Assembly: GCF_006345805.1 (NCBI RefSeq)
Contig: NW_021832274.1
Location: forward strand, 9,908-73,907
DNA: 64,000 bases
Reading direction: 5' to 3'
Origin: Octopus sinensis
Lineage: Eukaryota
The position numbers and the translations under genes were made by a program. This document shows, in pieces, positions 44,796 to 58,288 of the stretch. Position 1 is the stretch's first letter. Each line of letters starts with the position of its first letter. Below the pieces are notes generated by a model. It was not told where the DNA came from, ran no database searches, and saw only the letters and a program-made list of their open reading frames with translations.

Positions 44796-45093
44796 CGAAC
44801 AATATTAATCCTTTCTACAATAGGCACAAGGTGTGAAATTAGTAGTGGTGGTGGTAGGGGGAATAGTCAATTTCATTAACCCCAATATTCGACTGATACT
44901 TTTTCCATCGTCCCTGAAAGAATGAGGAGTCGACCGCGGCAGAATTTGAAATCAGAGCACAGCGACGGATGATATGTCACTCTGAATTTAGCCCGGCGTT
45001 CTAACGATTCTGCCATCACATGAACTTCAGTAATAATATTAATAAAGTCAATCTCAGATGTTTTATTTGGTTACTGTTATTTACTCCAGATCC

Positions 45094-45352
45094 GGCGCGT
45101 GGCTTAGTGGTTAGGGTGTCAGCATCATGATCGTAAGATTGTGGTTTCGATTCCTGAACCGGGCAACGCGTTGTTTTCTTGAGCAAAACACTTCATTTCA
45201 CGTTGCTCCAGTCCACTCAGCTGGCAAAAATGAGTAACGCTCCGATGGACTGGCGTCCCATCCAGCTGAGGAACACATACGCCATAGAAACCGGGAAACC
45301 GGGCCCATGAGCCTGGCTAGGCTTTAAAAGGGAGCATTTATTATTTTTATAT
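45094..45352 (+). mobile_element. tRNA-derived SINE family E with 14-bp TSD
   Basis: TGGCTTAGTGG A box, GGTTTCGATTCC B box; TTTACTCCAGATCC at 45080-45093 and 45353-45366. Confidence 0.9.
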
Positions 45353-45934
45353 TTTACTCCAGATCCAGTACGTTAAAAAATATCTATGCATCGATTTGCA
45401 TTCGAACGTACATGAACGTGTACCTACATACTTGCACATAAGTTAGTGATTAAAGATCCACGATATATTTCAAATAATGAAGGGATGGTCACGGCTGGTT
45501 CCATTTGAATAAAGAATATTTTCGACCTTGGATGAATAAAGCTAAACAAAACAATAACAGCTGTACGCCTTCGCAAATATAAGCTTTACAATGTATTGTA
45601 ATATTCGGTCTGTTTATTACAATACATTGTTTGTTCGTGTACTTGCGTGTATATGTGTGTGTATGGTGTATGTTTGTGTGTGCGTAAGTGTGCGTATGTA
45701 TGTGTGTGTATTTCTTTCCGCAACTCAGTAATCTCATAAAATATTAATGAAACATGATCGAATATAGGAAATAATGAATATTTAATTGAAAACTGAAGTC
45801 AGTAATCTTGGGATAGAAGCAAAAAGATATATCTTAACACGAAAATTGAATATAAGGAAAATAGAATGGAAGAAAAAAGGAGCAGGGGAAATGTATGAGA
45901 AACAATACTCAATACAGATTATGCAATGGAAAAT

Positions 45935-45968
<34 letters not shown>

Positions 45969-46013
45969 ACAATAATAATAACAATAAGAACAAACAACAT
46001 CAACGGCAAAACT

Positions 46014-46065
<52 letters not shown>

Positions 46066-46102
46066 GTATAGTAATAATAATGATGATGATGATGATAATA
46101 AC

Positions 46103-46169
<67 letters not shown>

Positions 46170-47155
46170 GCGTAGATGATGAAGATGGAAGATGATGATG
46201 ATGATGACAAAGTCGATGATGACGATGTTGTTTATGATGTGCGAAATAAGAGGTTGGAATTGTTGAAGGTAAATATTCGTTTGAAATTATAAGTCACAGG
46301 GAGAAAAGAATAACAAAAACTGAAAAAACAAATCAGATAATAGTGCTTATCAAATTGTATTGTCATCGGAGACACAAGATATGAGAGAAAAAGAGAGGAA
46401 GAGGTGGATGTGAAATAAGAAAAAATTTTTTCTTTTTTTAAATGTCAAAATTTCTTTGTTGTTTTTTTTTTTGAAACTAGCTTTGGAATCAAAGCATGAA
46501 AAAAGTTACTGTAATGATAATGTGTGTAATTTTATTATAACCAGTATTGCCACAAAGCACCACCATCACAACATCAACAACAGCAACAAGATTCCCAAAG
46601 CAGCAGCAGAGTGAATCAAAATAATAATTATAATGATAATAACAATTGTTAAAGAAATTTTGCTATGCGATTGTGAAAGAAATTTTATCATTCAATATAT
46701 TGGAAAATGTTGAAAAAATTTTGCTGAAATTGCGTGAAAGGCATCAAGAAATTTGTGTTTGAATATTTGAATGATAGGATAGAAGAATTGAATGAGAATA
46801 TAATGGTGGTGTGAAGAAAATGTGTCAGCGTCGTCATGTGATAAAGAGCGCTCAATATATGTTATAGAGTTGAAATTTATTATATGGCAGTTGATGAGGT
46901 TTCTTGGAGTTTTCTGTCACGTGCTCTTAGTTGCCATTATGTCATTTGTCATCTGCTGTCTGGAGCTACGCTGCAAGTGTCTCCACATACGATATATTTG
47001 AAATGATTGATCCATAATATCAAGAATTTTGTGTGTATGTGTGTGCGTGCGTGTGCATAAACAACAAGAACAAGAACAACATCAGTAACAACAACAGCAA
47101 CAACAACAACAACAACAACTACAACAACAACAATAATATATGACGCAGTATCAGG

Positions 47156-47617
47156 CACTGTCTCTCATGGCTTCCAATTTTCACTTGATTGGCAGTGTTG
47201 TCATGTACATGATTTGTCTCAATATGAAAGATGGGCGACAGCAAATATTCTGCTCAACATCTCGGATTTGCTTTCCGTTGTCTGACCTTAACCAATTGAA
47301 CATTTTCCTTGGAGGCTGATGGGATGTGCATCTCTGGTCACGAGCAGAAGTAGTGGGGGAACATCATAGCAATGTGTTCAGAGAAATTATTTAGGATTTG
47401 AATAATTCACCTCTGGAAACATGGATGTTTCGTTCAACATCCTTAAACAAGCGTTTTTCAGGGACCTTTTGGGCAAGATGGACTACTCAACCTGAAGAAA
47501 ATTCTAACTGGGTCTCGTCTGCCAGCTCATGCGCTGTTTATCATAATATGAGAACAACATGTCGTGCACATATGGTTGTGATGCATGTGTCTAGTGTACC
47601 CTTATCAGACGGTTAGT
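47156..47617 (+). mobile_element. Family C repeat, diverged long copy lacking the shared 3' end
   Basis: Reverse-complement homology to ~7745-8153. Confidence 0.8.
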
Positions 47618-47629
47618 TCTAATAATAAT

Positions 47630-49318
47630 AATACAGACCGGTACCCTACGAAAATGATGACTATCAAAATAAAAGGCCGGACGTTATTCCTCGTGTTCCG
47701 CAAATAAAATTTAAAAAAGCATAAATGGGCGAGTAAGGAATATATTTCAATATTATACGCTTATTTTACAGCAGTGCTCTACCCACAGGAAGAAAACACG
47801 AAAACATATACATATGAAATCTGGAAGAAAAATAACCTAGATAAAGATTTGGATGCAGCAATGAACACTAATAAACTAGCTAACATACGAAGATATATTC
47901 TCAAAGCAAAAAAAAAAAATATATCAGAAATAGAAATAGAACGCTTAAAAGGAAAGATACATCAGGAAAACGTAGATAATAACCACACGGCAATGCCAAA
48001 CAATATCATAAGCACTGGGACTGTAAAACACAAAAACATACGTAACATGTCAAACAAAAACGAAGAAAAAAGGTGAAACTAATGATTACTGTACTCTAAA
48101 AATGAGCATAATCAAAGAACTGAAAGCCACAGATCTTAGTATGGCCCACCGATTGTACCTCCCAAACATTAAAATTGATAGTAAAACAACATATAGATAA
48201 TATCCAGAAAAAATATGAAACAACACAAATAATATTCAGACAATAGATGAAAAAAGAGAGAGAGGGTCTGTCAATCCTGAATGAAACTAATAGACAATAA
48301 ACACTACTAAACAACAAAAGAAGAAGAAAAATACTTAGTAGATGCAAAATTACAGAACAAGGTACACCTGAGGTAAAAGAACAGCTAAAGTAAGATATCC
48401 TGGCCAAAGCACAAAGAATCCTCCGGTATGAAAAACGCCAACGTTTCTTTGAACAAAACAAACAGTTCAACTCCAACCCCAGAAGATTCTACCAAGAACT
48501 TGGCAAAAATAAAATAGAGATGAATGCAGCACCAAGAGAAGAAGTAGACGAATTTTGTAAAGAAATATCGTCAGCGAAGGAACAACCTCAGAAATGATCC
48601 CTCAAAGCAACGAACACAGCACCTCAACAATTCTGGACCCCTATAACAACTGAAGGGATCACCAAGGCACTACAAAAATTAAGCGACTGGAAGGCACTGA
48701 GCATGACAAAATCTCCAACTTCTGGCTAATATACCTAACAGGAACACATAAAATGCAGAACCAGAGACAATGTCTAAATGGCTCACGGAAGGCAAAGCTG
48801 TCCTAATTTCCAAATCCACTGAAACGGCAAACCCACAAAATTACAGACCAATAACTTGTCTCCCTACAATTTACAAAGACTTTACTGTAATAATATCGCA
48901 GAGAATGGGATAACAACTGGAAGAAAACCTCTTCCCAGAAGAGTAGAAGGGATGCTGCGAGGGCTCATACGGTTGTAAAGATCAACTACTGAACAATAAA
49001 GCGATAAAGAAGAAAAGTCGATATACATAACAGGTTAGCTTGGAATGTTAGCTTGTGGAGTTGTGGTCGCTAAAAAAATTGGTAATAATACCAATAATTG
49101 TCGGAGCCCTAGGAACAGTGAGCAAAATCTTGAGAAATACATGGAACAAATAGCGGCTGCAATAAGGGTGCAACACTTGCAGAAAACATCACTGCTTGGA
49201 ACTGCTCGAATATTCCAGATGGTGCTCAAAAAATAAGGGGTGTTACCTTAGTTTACTGGTAGTGAACAGCTGACACTTTAGTACATCACCAGCGTTAAAA
49301 GCTGTGCAAAGGCAATAA
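47630..49318 (+). mobile_element. Internally deleted R4/Dong-type LINE pseudogene (N-terminal region, start of RT, endonuclease end, 3' UTR)
   Basis: AKAQRILRYEKRQRFFEQNKQFNSNPRRFYQEL; WLTEGKAVLISK..NPQNYRPITCLPTIYK; GCKDQLLNNKAI; then IPIIVGALG..HLQKTSLLGTARI; flanked by (AAT)n/(AAC)n. Confidence 0.9.
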
Positions 49319-49383
49319 AATACTAGAAGAATAACAACAACAACAACAACAACAATAATAATAATAGTAATGATGATAATAAT

Positions 49384-49445
<62 letters not shown>

Positions 49446-49513
49446 TAATAATAATAATATTAATAATAATAATAATAATGATGATGATGATGATGATGCT
49501 AATAATAATAATA

Positions 49514-49585
<72 letters not shown>

Positions 49586-49769
49586 AGAAAGATAGATGCG
49601 AATAGGCCAGACATTATATTGAAAGACTTCAATATAATGTGCGATAAGAGACCTAGTGAGACATTTGACAACATGTTGCTGTCCGCTGTCACAGAATCAA
49701 CTAGAGTAAGTAAGCCGAGGTCTTTGAGAAGTATAATAACAACAACAACAATTTCTGATTGTAGCCATG

Positions 49770-49960
49770 GTATTGAGATCGTCGGTCGTAGAACTTGAGG
49801 CAAAGAGCATTTCCGTTTATGAATTTATGCCATGTGTCTTCTTTATCTTTGACCATACTGCACGATGCTAATACATTTGAAGTCCAGCGTTTGCCGTCTG
49901 GACGCGTTGTATTCTCTCCAATGTCCAATCTGCTTGTATACACCTGCATATCTTGAGGGA
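49770..49960 (-). mobile_element. Probable 3' end of RTE-like LINE
   Basis: Minus strand KRWTSNVLASCSMVKDKEDTWHKFING resembles RTE ORF2 C-termini; followed by a (TTG)n-like tail. Confidence 0.45.
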
Positions 49961-50660
49961 TCCAGATCTGGTTAATTCGATGAGCAAGTGACTGTTGTGA
50001 ATTTGATTTGTCGGAGTTATCACTTTGTGATGATTATAGCGATGATGATGATGATGTTGGCGATAGTGGTGGTGCTGGTGCTGGTGGCGGCGGCGACGGT
50101 GGTGATAAGGTAAGTGTAAAAAAATAACTCGAATTACAATAGTGTACAATCCAATTAAGTAGTTTAATTGATTCGGAATGTATGTTTATTTGGGTGAGCA
50201 ACAAAATCAACATCAATTAGTGAACAATGATTAATTAACGAGTCTTCTCATTATTATTATTCACGGATGGACGGTGGAGTAGCTGAGTCATTAGAGCGTT
50301 TGAGTGAATGCCTTGTGATATTTGTTCCAGTTCTTTAGGTTCTGAGATCGAATGTCGCCGAAGTCAAACTTGTCTTTCATCCCTCCGTGGTCGATAAATG
50401 AAACTACCTAGCCAATACTGGGATCCATAATACCACTCCTCAAAATTACAGGCCTTGTTATTGATTTCAGACATCAATGTCCGGACATACGTATTCAGGA
50501 ACATTAAAAAGGATTAAATTGGCACCAGCATTTACTCTGGTACGCTATTCTATCAGCCTCAGAATGATGAGAGGCAAATACGATCTCAGCGGGATTTGAA
50601 CTCATTAAAGTATATTAATACAATTCCACCAGACAATTTATTCAATGTTATCATGATCTT

Positions 50661-51168
50661 AAGGCGGCGATCTGGCAGAAACGTTAGCACGCCGAGCGAT
50701 ATGCCTAGCGGTATTGCGTCTGCCGTTACGTTCTAAGTTCAAATTCCACCGAGGTCGAATTTGCCTTTCATCCTTTCGGGGTCGATAAATTTAGTACCAG
50801 TTACGCCGCACTAGGGTCGATGTAATTGACTTAATACATTTATGTGTCCTTGTTTGTCTCCTCTGCGTTTAGCCCCTTGTGGGTAATAAAGAAATAGGTA
50901 TTTCGTCTGTCTTTATGTTCTGAGCTGAAATTCCGTCGAGTTCGACTTTGCCTTACATCCTTTCGGGGTCGATAAATTAAGTACCATATAATCGATATAA
51001 TCGACTTAATCCGTTTGTCTGCCCTTGTTTGTTCCCTCTGTGTTTAGCTCCTTGTGGGTAGTAAAGAAATATAAGTAGGTATTTCGTCTGTCTTTACGTT
51101 CTGCGTTCAAATTCCGCCGAATTCGGAGTCGATACATTTCGGGCCTTGTGCCTAGAGTACAAAAGAAA
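50661..51168 (+). mobile_element. SINE family B concatemer: head plus two bodies plus a deleted third body, 14-bp TSD
   Basis: GGTATT(G/T)CGTCTG recurs at ~50710, 50897, 51078; GTTATCATGATCTT at 50647-50660 and 51169-51182. Confidence 0.9.
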
Positions 51169-53309
51169 GTTATCATGATCTTGCCAACAAAATGTCGTTG
51201 GTTCCTTAACTATTCTAGCTATTTGTTAAAACATGTGATACAGTAGTGCCATCCACCAGTTGTGTTTAAATTTAGTCAACTGGTAGAATTTTGATGGCTT
51301 TTAGCTTTTGTCGTCTATACGAAATGATTTCCTGAGACGTTTACCAGCTTACGGCTTTAGAAACAACACATCCAGGTTAGCTTAGAAGTGCGAATTAATA
51401 TTCATTAGAAAGACTTTTTCTGTCGGCTCAACCTGATTTTTTTCCACTAGTGATTTTAGCTATTTGCATTGAAAAGTACGTTCAATGCCGTACATCACTT
51501 TACCCACACAAAAACTAATTCACGCACAGGGATTTCTTGGACTTTTGATTCTAAGAATTGGTCTTACATGCTCTGTGTGTGTATGTGTCTGTACATTTTG
51601 CATAGTTAAAAATATAGTACAGTACGCCATTGTGTAATAACATCCTGTCTTTAGAGAATATTCAATATCTTATACAATTGTTGAGAGTTCTTCATTTCGA
51701 TTCCTAATAAGTAGAGAAGAAACGGTTATTGTGACATTGATGCCTTAACAGACAGATTCACCTGCATGAGAAATGTACAATAGCATCGAGCAGGTATTAA
51801 AATTCCATTTAGTTGTTAATACTCCTGAAAAAGATTGGAATATCACAACCCTCTCATTTCTGTTGCTTTATAAATCCGGTGCCTTATGTGCATTGCAGAA
51901 ATCGATATGTGTACGATAAATAGTCGTCAAGGGAGCTTGCAGAATGCATTTATTGGGGAAAAATATAAAAGCAAAAGTTTAGTAGGGGCGTAAATCAACT
52001 ACCAGAAAGAATATGGTTAAGTGATAGCGCTTTAAAATAAGTAGGTGTAAAGAAAGATGGGTCATAGGTCACGTAACCACTTTCTTGTGATTAGTTGACG
52101 GGAATATTGTTCACGTAAGAACACGAGTGAGAAAGAGAGAGAGAGAGAAAGGGAAAGATATTTTAGCAATATGATTGTATTCATGAAATATCCGCACTTT
52201 CGTTTTTATGGATTAAGTGTGGTGGTGTTGGTGGGGGAATTTGTTCGCCATATTCTCTGCGAGCGGTCAATATCTAGAATTGTGATATGATTATTCGAAG
52301 CAGTAAACTTGTCACTGCCAACTAGTCATTCAAAAATATGTTAAAGGGTACGTTTTACGCCCTTTTATATTATCTAGGAAGAGAAAGAAAAAAATTGCAA
52401 CTTTATTCTGATATCGTTTAGATAAATGTGAATGAAATTTCTGTTTTCACACCAGTTTCGAATGTTAAATCATGTGCGTAGGATGCGGTTCTAAAAAGTA
52501 AATAACTGCTTTTCTTCCTATAAAATTTGATGGGCGATGAGTTGAAGCCGAACCTAAGCTAGTAAGATACTATCTAGTGAGCTGGAAAATTATCTCATTT
52601 GTACCCACCAATGGTAATCTTTGAACCTTATCTGGGAGTAAAGCAGAAAAAAAATGACTATAATGGAAAATCTAATTGTATTCCTTTTATCGTATTATAT
52701 TATTCTTAATTTATATACATAGATAAACACATAGATAGATCAATAGATACATACATACATCCTACATACACGAATATATGGTGCACATATATAAAGAACT
52801 ACACTTATTCAAATACACATACGTGTCACACGATAATTCAATGAATATGACGTTCAGTTGATCAAACAAGTGAACGATCATACGTCGTTCTCGAAGGAAA
52901 GAATCACTCATACTTACATACATATTTACATAGATACATGCATATAGACACATACAATCGTATAAAAGTGTAGAGCATATATACACTTGAAGCGTGAGCC
53001 TTAACCAACGTTCAGTATCAACAGTGGGTCTCACGCCCCTTTCATATCTGAAGTACTTTTAAATATGATTCATTAATGCTTGAACATCACATGCGTAATT
53101 ATAACCATAATTCGCTGAAACCCGTGAATGTTTATAAAGCATACATATGAAACCTGTTTTTTTCTATATGCATTTACATGCATATGTTCTGAACTTATGT
53201 GTCAGGGTACGTGTGCATATATATGCGCATATATGTGTATGTGCGGGGTGAGTGGGAGATGAAATGAAACCATAACCTACAAGGGCAAAAGGGTATTGCT
53301 TTGCAAAAG

Positions 53310-53682
53310 GGTAGAATTAGCATGAGGTTTCAAGTCTTGACCCGCTGTGCAGAACCTTTGGTAAATGTCTAATGACATATCACTGGTCCTATCAATCACG
53401 TATGAGTAAATCTGGAATGGTATAAGGAAACTTTATAAAACCCGTATATGTATGTTTGTTAGTGTAGGTACGTATGTTTGTTTGTGTTTCACATCCAGCG
53501 CATGACTCGATTCTGGCTTGCTCACGCACCCCCCCCCGTAACCTAGCTGTTCGGCAAGAGATTCTGATGGATCAAGATTCAGCTCTTTAAAAATAAAATA
53601 TTACTGAGATCGATATTTTGAACTAAACCATTCAAGCTGATGGCCCAGTAGGGCCGCCGTCCATTGACTAAAATAAGTAAAT
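53310..53682 (+). mobile_element. Old degenerate SINE family A
   Basis: ACCTTTGGTAAATGTC, CCCCGTAACCTAGCTGTTCGGCAAGAG, GACTAAAATAAGTAAA collinear with family A. Confidence 0.55.
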
Positions 53683-53774
53683 GCTAAAATATATGATACA
53701 TATGTACATGCATACCTACGTATATATGTATGTGTGTATGTATGTATGTATGTATGTATGTATGTATGTATGTA

Positions 53775-54073
53775 TATCTCTTCCAGTATTCTTTGAGTTG
53801 GTGTTTATGAATGTATTCCATAACAGAAGGATTTTCTAACTTTGTTTCAGGACAGTCTTTTTTTACGGATGGCATTGTAAACTGTTTTAGCAACACCATT
53901 GTGCTGCATAGCGAGGTAGTACCGTGACGCTATTTTAGGATATCTGCTAATCACATGCGTAATGTTTTCCAGAGAAGCATGACGTAGACTATACATGCGG
54001 TTGCACCTTGGGATTACAAAGGCATCACTCTCTCTCTTGTTCGGTAATCTCCTGTTCCTGGATTGTAAATGCA

Positions 54074-54149
<76 letters not shown>

Positions 54150-54501
54150 CATGTATGTATGTTTGTATGTATGTATGTATGTATGTATGTATTATATCTC
54201 TTCCAGTATTCTTTGAGTTGGTGTTTATGAATGTATTCCATAACAGAAGGATTTTCTAACTTTCTAACGTTGTTTCAGGACAGTCTTTTTTTACGGATGG
54301 CATTGTAAACTGTTTTAGCAACACCATTGTGCTGCATAGCGAGGTAGTACCGTGACGCTATTTTAGGATATCTGCTAATCACATGCGTAATGTTTTCCAG
54401 AGAAGCATGACGTAGACTATACATGCGGTTGCACCTTGGGATTACAAAGGCATCACTCTCTCTCTTGTTCGGTAATCTCCTGTTCCTGGATTGTAAATGC
54501 A

Positions 54502-54591
<90 letters not shown>

Positions 54592-54720
54592 CATGTATGT
54601 ATGTTTGTATGTATGTATGTATGTATGTATGTAGTATGTATGTATGTATGTATGTATGTATGTATATAAGGATGGCATAAGGACTAATATGAAGTCACTT
54701 GGAATTGTTCCAAGAGATGG
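53775..54720 (-). mobile_element. R4/Dong-type LINE fragment (zinc-knuckle region), tandemly duplicated and broken by microsatellites
   Basis: [49 protein letters not shown]; copies 53775-54076 and 54195-54504. Confidence 0.8.
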
Positions 54721-54722
54721 AA

Positions 54723-55133
54723 GGCGCTGGAGTGGTTGTGTGGTAAGTAGCTTGTTTACCAACGACATGGTTCCGGGTTCAGTCCCACTGCGTGGCACCT
54801 TGGGCAAGTGTCTTCTACTATAGCCTCGGGCCGACCAAAACCTTGTGAGTGGATTTGGTAGACGGAAACTGAAAGAAGCCCGTCGTATATATGTATATAT
54901 ATGCGTGTGTGTGTTTGTGTGTCTGTGTTTGTCCCCCTAGCATTGCTTGACAACCGATGCTGGTGTGTTTATGTCCCCGTTACTTAGCGGTTCGGCAAAA
55001 GAGACCGATAGAATAAGTACTGGGCTTACAAAAGAATAAGTGCCGGGGTCGAGTTGCTCGATTAAAGGCGGTGCTCCAGCATGGCCGCAGTCAAATGACT
55101 GAAACAACTAAAAGAGTAAAAGAGAGTAAAAGA
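54723..55133 (+). mobile_element. SINE family A, full length
   Basis: High identity to 22595-23002. Confidence 0.9.
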
Positions 55134-55625
55134 TATAGAAACCCTTGCTTCGGATTGAGTTGGATGGTGAACAAAGGTGTGGAGTGAAGTGAAAGCATTT
55201 GAAGAGGCCAGAATACCGCATGTAAGACTCAAACGAGATCTAAGGAAGAATGTAAAAATTGAGAAGGTGAATGATAATGACCTTTCTGTGTGCACAGTCT
55301 GGGACAAACCATGCCTGTCTTTTGCTGGCCTCAAATCTCATCTGCGAACGCATGGAAAACGAACCTCTACCAACTATTCTGCCTATATGTATGTGCACAC
55401 CTTGGAATGCAGTATATGCCAGAATGTTTGCAAGGCCTCAAAAGACATTTTAAGATCCACAAAGAGCAGAACTTATCTGCAGTTCTTGGTGGTCCAAATC
55501 GGAGGTGCAATCTTTCTGGGTGTCTGTTCAGAACATTGTCTGGTTTAAAAAGTCACATCAGATGCCATGATTGTGAGGTGTAGGTACAGGATGTGGTCAA
55601 ACTCTGTATAAGGAAGAGACAACCA
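55134..55625 (+). mobile_element. 3' end of RTE-like LINE ORF with three degenerate C2H2 zinc fingers
   Basis: ETLASD*VGW*TKVWSEVKAFEEARI..KRDLRK, then CTVWDKPCLSFAGLKSHLRTH, CSICQNVCK..GLKRHFKIH, CNLSGCLFRTLSGLKSHIRCH. Confidence 0.75.
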
Positions 55626-55730
55626 CTCTGCATGTACGTACGCAAACAAGTGCATACACACACACACAATAATGATAATAATAATAATAATAACAACAAC
55701 AACAACAACAACAATAAAAACAACAACATC

Positions 55731-55792
<62 letters not shown>

Positions 55793-55819
55793 TAATAATA
55801 ATAATAATAATAATTAATA

Positions 55820-55850
<31 letters not shown>

Positions 55851-55851
<1 letters not shown>

Positions 55852-56082
55852 GAGACCCTTTGAGTGGGATGGGCTACTCGACCAGAAGAAAATTCTAACT
55901 GGGCCCCACCTGCAAGGTCGTGTGCTGTTTATTTTGATATGAGATCACCAAGTCGCGCATATATGGTTGTGATGCATGAGCCTGGTGCACCCTTATCAGA
56001 CGGGTAGTCATGATGGGTATATTGGGCTTCGTATATTTTGCCCCAGTGTCACTTTGATGGCATGCACTACTCTCTCTCACTC
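55851..56082 (+). mobile_element. Family C repeat, truncated, within (AAT)n
   Basis: Reverse-complement homologue of 28289-28522. Confidence 0.85.
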
Positions 56083-56123
<41 letters not shown>

Positions 56124-56526
56124 AAGTGGCTAGACGCAATTCAAAACCGTTACTAAGAAGTGATGAAGGGTGCAGAGGACGTGATATTTAGTCGTTGTTC
56201 ACTATCACAAAAATATCCTGAAGTCCCACGCTAGTTTCCATCAACTTGGTGCTATCACAACTGATAACAGTTCCACTCAAGTGTCCATCACTCTAATCTA
56301 ATCGCTGGTGTGGAAAGGTTAATTTCGTACATATTGCTTATTCAAAGCTGATTTGATGTGTCATTGTTAACACAAGTATTGGATTAATGGTGAGTGCAGT
56401 TGGTTCCGCATGCGTCGAAAGGGCTGTGATATTCTACATTAATCATCATCATCTATGAATGTATTTAGAGAGAGAGAGAGAGGGAGAGAGAGAGAGAGAG
56501 AGAAAGAGTTATCTTTCTCTCTCTCC

Positions 56527-56558
<32 letters not shown>

Positions 56559-56577
56559 ATCTCTCTCTCTCTATATA

Positions 56578-56961
56578 TCTCTCTCTATATAAACGGCAGT
56601 TTGTCTGTGCGTTTTCTGTGTGTCTGTTTTCTCGTACCCTCACCCTGACCACGGCTTTCAACCGATTCTGATGAAACTTGACACACACATAGCCCAATGT
56701 CATAATTCAAAACTAACGCAGCGAAAATTTTGAAAAGTTCCCCCAGTTCTGAAAAAAATCGATAAATTCGACATGGGGTCGAGAATCAGAAACCCAAACC
56801 ACAGACCGTCTAGGGGACGCAACTCCACCTTTTTTAACTCTCAAAAAAAATTTACCATCATTTTTTTTCCATTTTTTTTCTATTTTTTGGCTATAACTCT
56901 CTAAAAATGCTTTATAGTTATTTCCCTTACAAACCTGAGCAACGCCGGGCGATACTGCTAG
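56578..56961 (+). mobile_element. Non-autonomous Helitron-like element
   Basis: 5' TCTCTCTATATAAACGGCAG, (GTCT)-like repeats, 3' CCTGAGCAACGCCGGG hairpin plus CTAG|T. Confidence 0.8.
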
Positions 56962-56982
56962 TATATATATAAATATATACAT

Positions 56983-57225
56983 ACTCTTTTACTTGTTTCA
57001 GTCATTTGACTGCGACCATGCTGGAGTTCCGCATGGTCGAGCAAATCGACCCCAGGACTTATTCTTTGTAAGCTTAGTACTTATTCTATCGGTATCTTTT
57101 GCCGAACCGCTAAGTTACGGGGACGCAAACACAACAGCATCGGTTGTCAAGCGATTTTGGGGGGACAAACACAGACACACAAACATATACACACACACAC
57201 ACAGACACACACACACACAGACACA

Positions 57226-57322
<97 letters not shown>

Positions 57323-57465
57323 TACGACGGGCTTCTTTCAGTTTCCGTCTACGACATCCATTCACGAGGCTTTGGTCGGCCCGAGGCTGTAGTAGGAGAC
57401 ACGTAGTGGGGCTGAATCAAGAACCATGTGGTTGGTAATCAAGCTACTTACTACACAGTCACTCG
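56983..57465 (-). mobile_element. SINE family A
   Basis: Reverse complement of family A with small deletions. Confidence 0.9.
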
Positions 57466-57488
57466 CATACACACACACATACACACAC

Positions 57489-57530
<42 letters not shown>

Positions 57531-57798
57531 TAAGTACACACAAACACACATATATCTATACATTATATAAATAAATATATATGTGCATATATATACACAT
57601 TTATATAAATGCATGCATACTTATGTCGACACACTACATACTATCTAAAAGCAGCCTCTGTATCGTTAAAGTTAACGGTCTAAACTTAATTCCAAAAGCA
57701 TGAAACAGACAGCTCACGACAGGTGTATAACGGTAACAAATCCAAGGAAATCGCATTCGATGCTACCGAGAAACACAGAGATGTGAATAGAAATGCTC

Positions 57799-57833
<35 letters not shown>

Positions 57834-57841
57834 TCGGATTG

Positions 57842-58070
57842 TCTTTTACTTTTTTACTCTTTTACTTGTTTCAGTCATTTGACTGCGGCCATGCTGGAGC
57901 ACCGCATTTAGTCGAGCAAATCGACCCCAGAACTTATTCTTTGTAAACTTAGTACTTATTCCATCGGTCTCTTTTGGCGGACTGCTAAGTTACGGGGACG
58001 TAAACACACCAGCATCGGTTGTCAAGCGATGTTGGGGGGTACAAACACAGACCACCAAACATATACACTC

Positions 58071-58101
<31 letters not shown>

Positions 58102-58288
58102 ATATATATATAATATATATATATACGACGGACTTCTTTCAGTTTCCGTCTACCAAATCCACTCACAAGGCTTTGGTCGGCCCGAGGCTATAGTAGAAGA
58201 AACTTGCCCAAGGTACCACGCAGTGGAAATGAACTCAGTACCATGTGGTTGCTAAGCAACCTACTTACCACACAACCACTCCTGCGCC
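57842..58288 (-). mobile_element. SINE family A, full length
   Basis: Reverse complement of family A. Confidence 0.9.

Noticed and set aside
50040-50115. Possible Asp/Gly-rich exon ending AAG|GTAAGT
   Set aside because: Upstream acceptor is weak and the sequence is a degenerate (GAT)/(GGT) microsatellite
55177-55583. Host C2H2 zinc-finger gene
   Set aside because: No TGEKP linkers, has frameshifts, and is preceded by a LINE-like C-terminal segment
56661-56685. CTGATGAAAC hammerhead-like word
   Set aside because: No stem II between CTGATGA and GAAA; part of the Helitron-like interior
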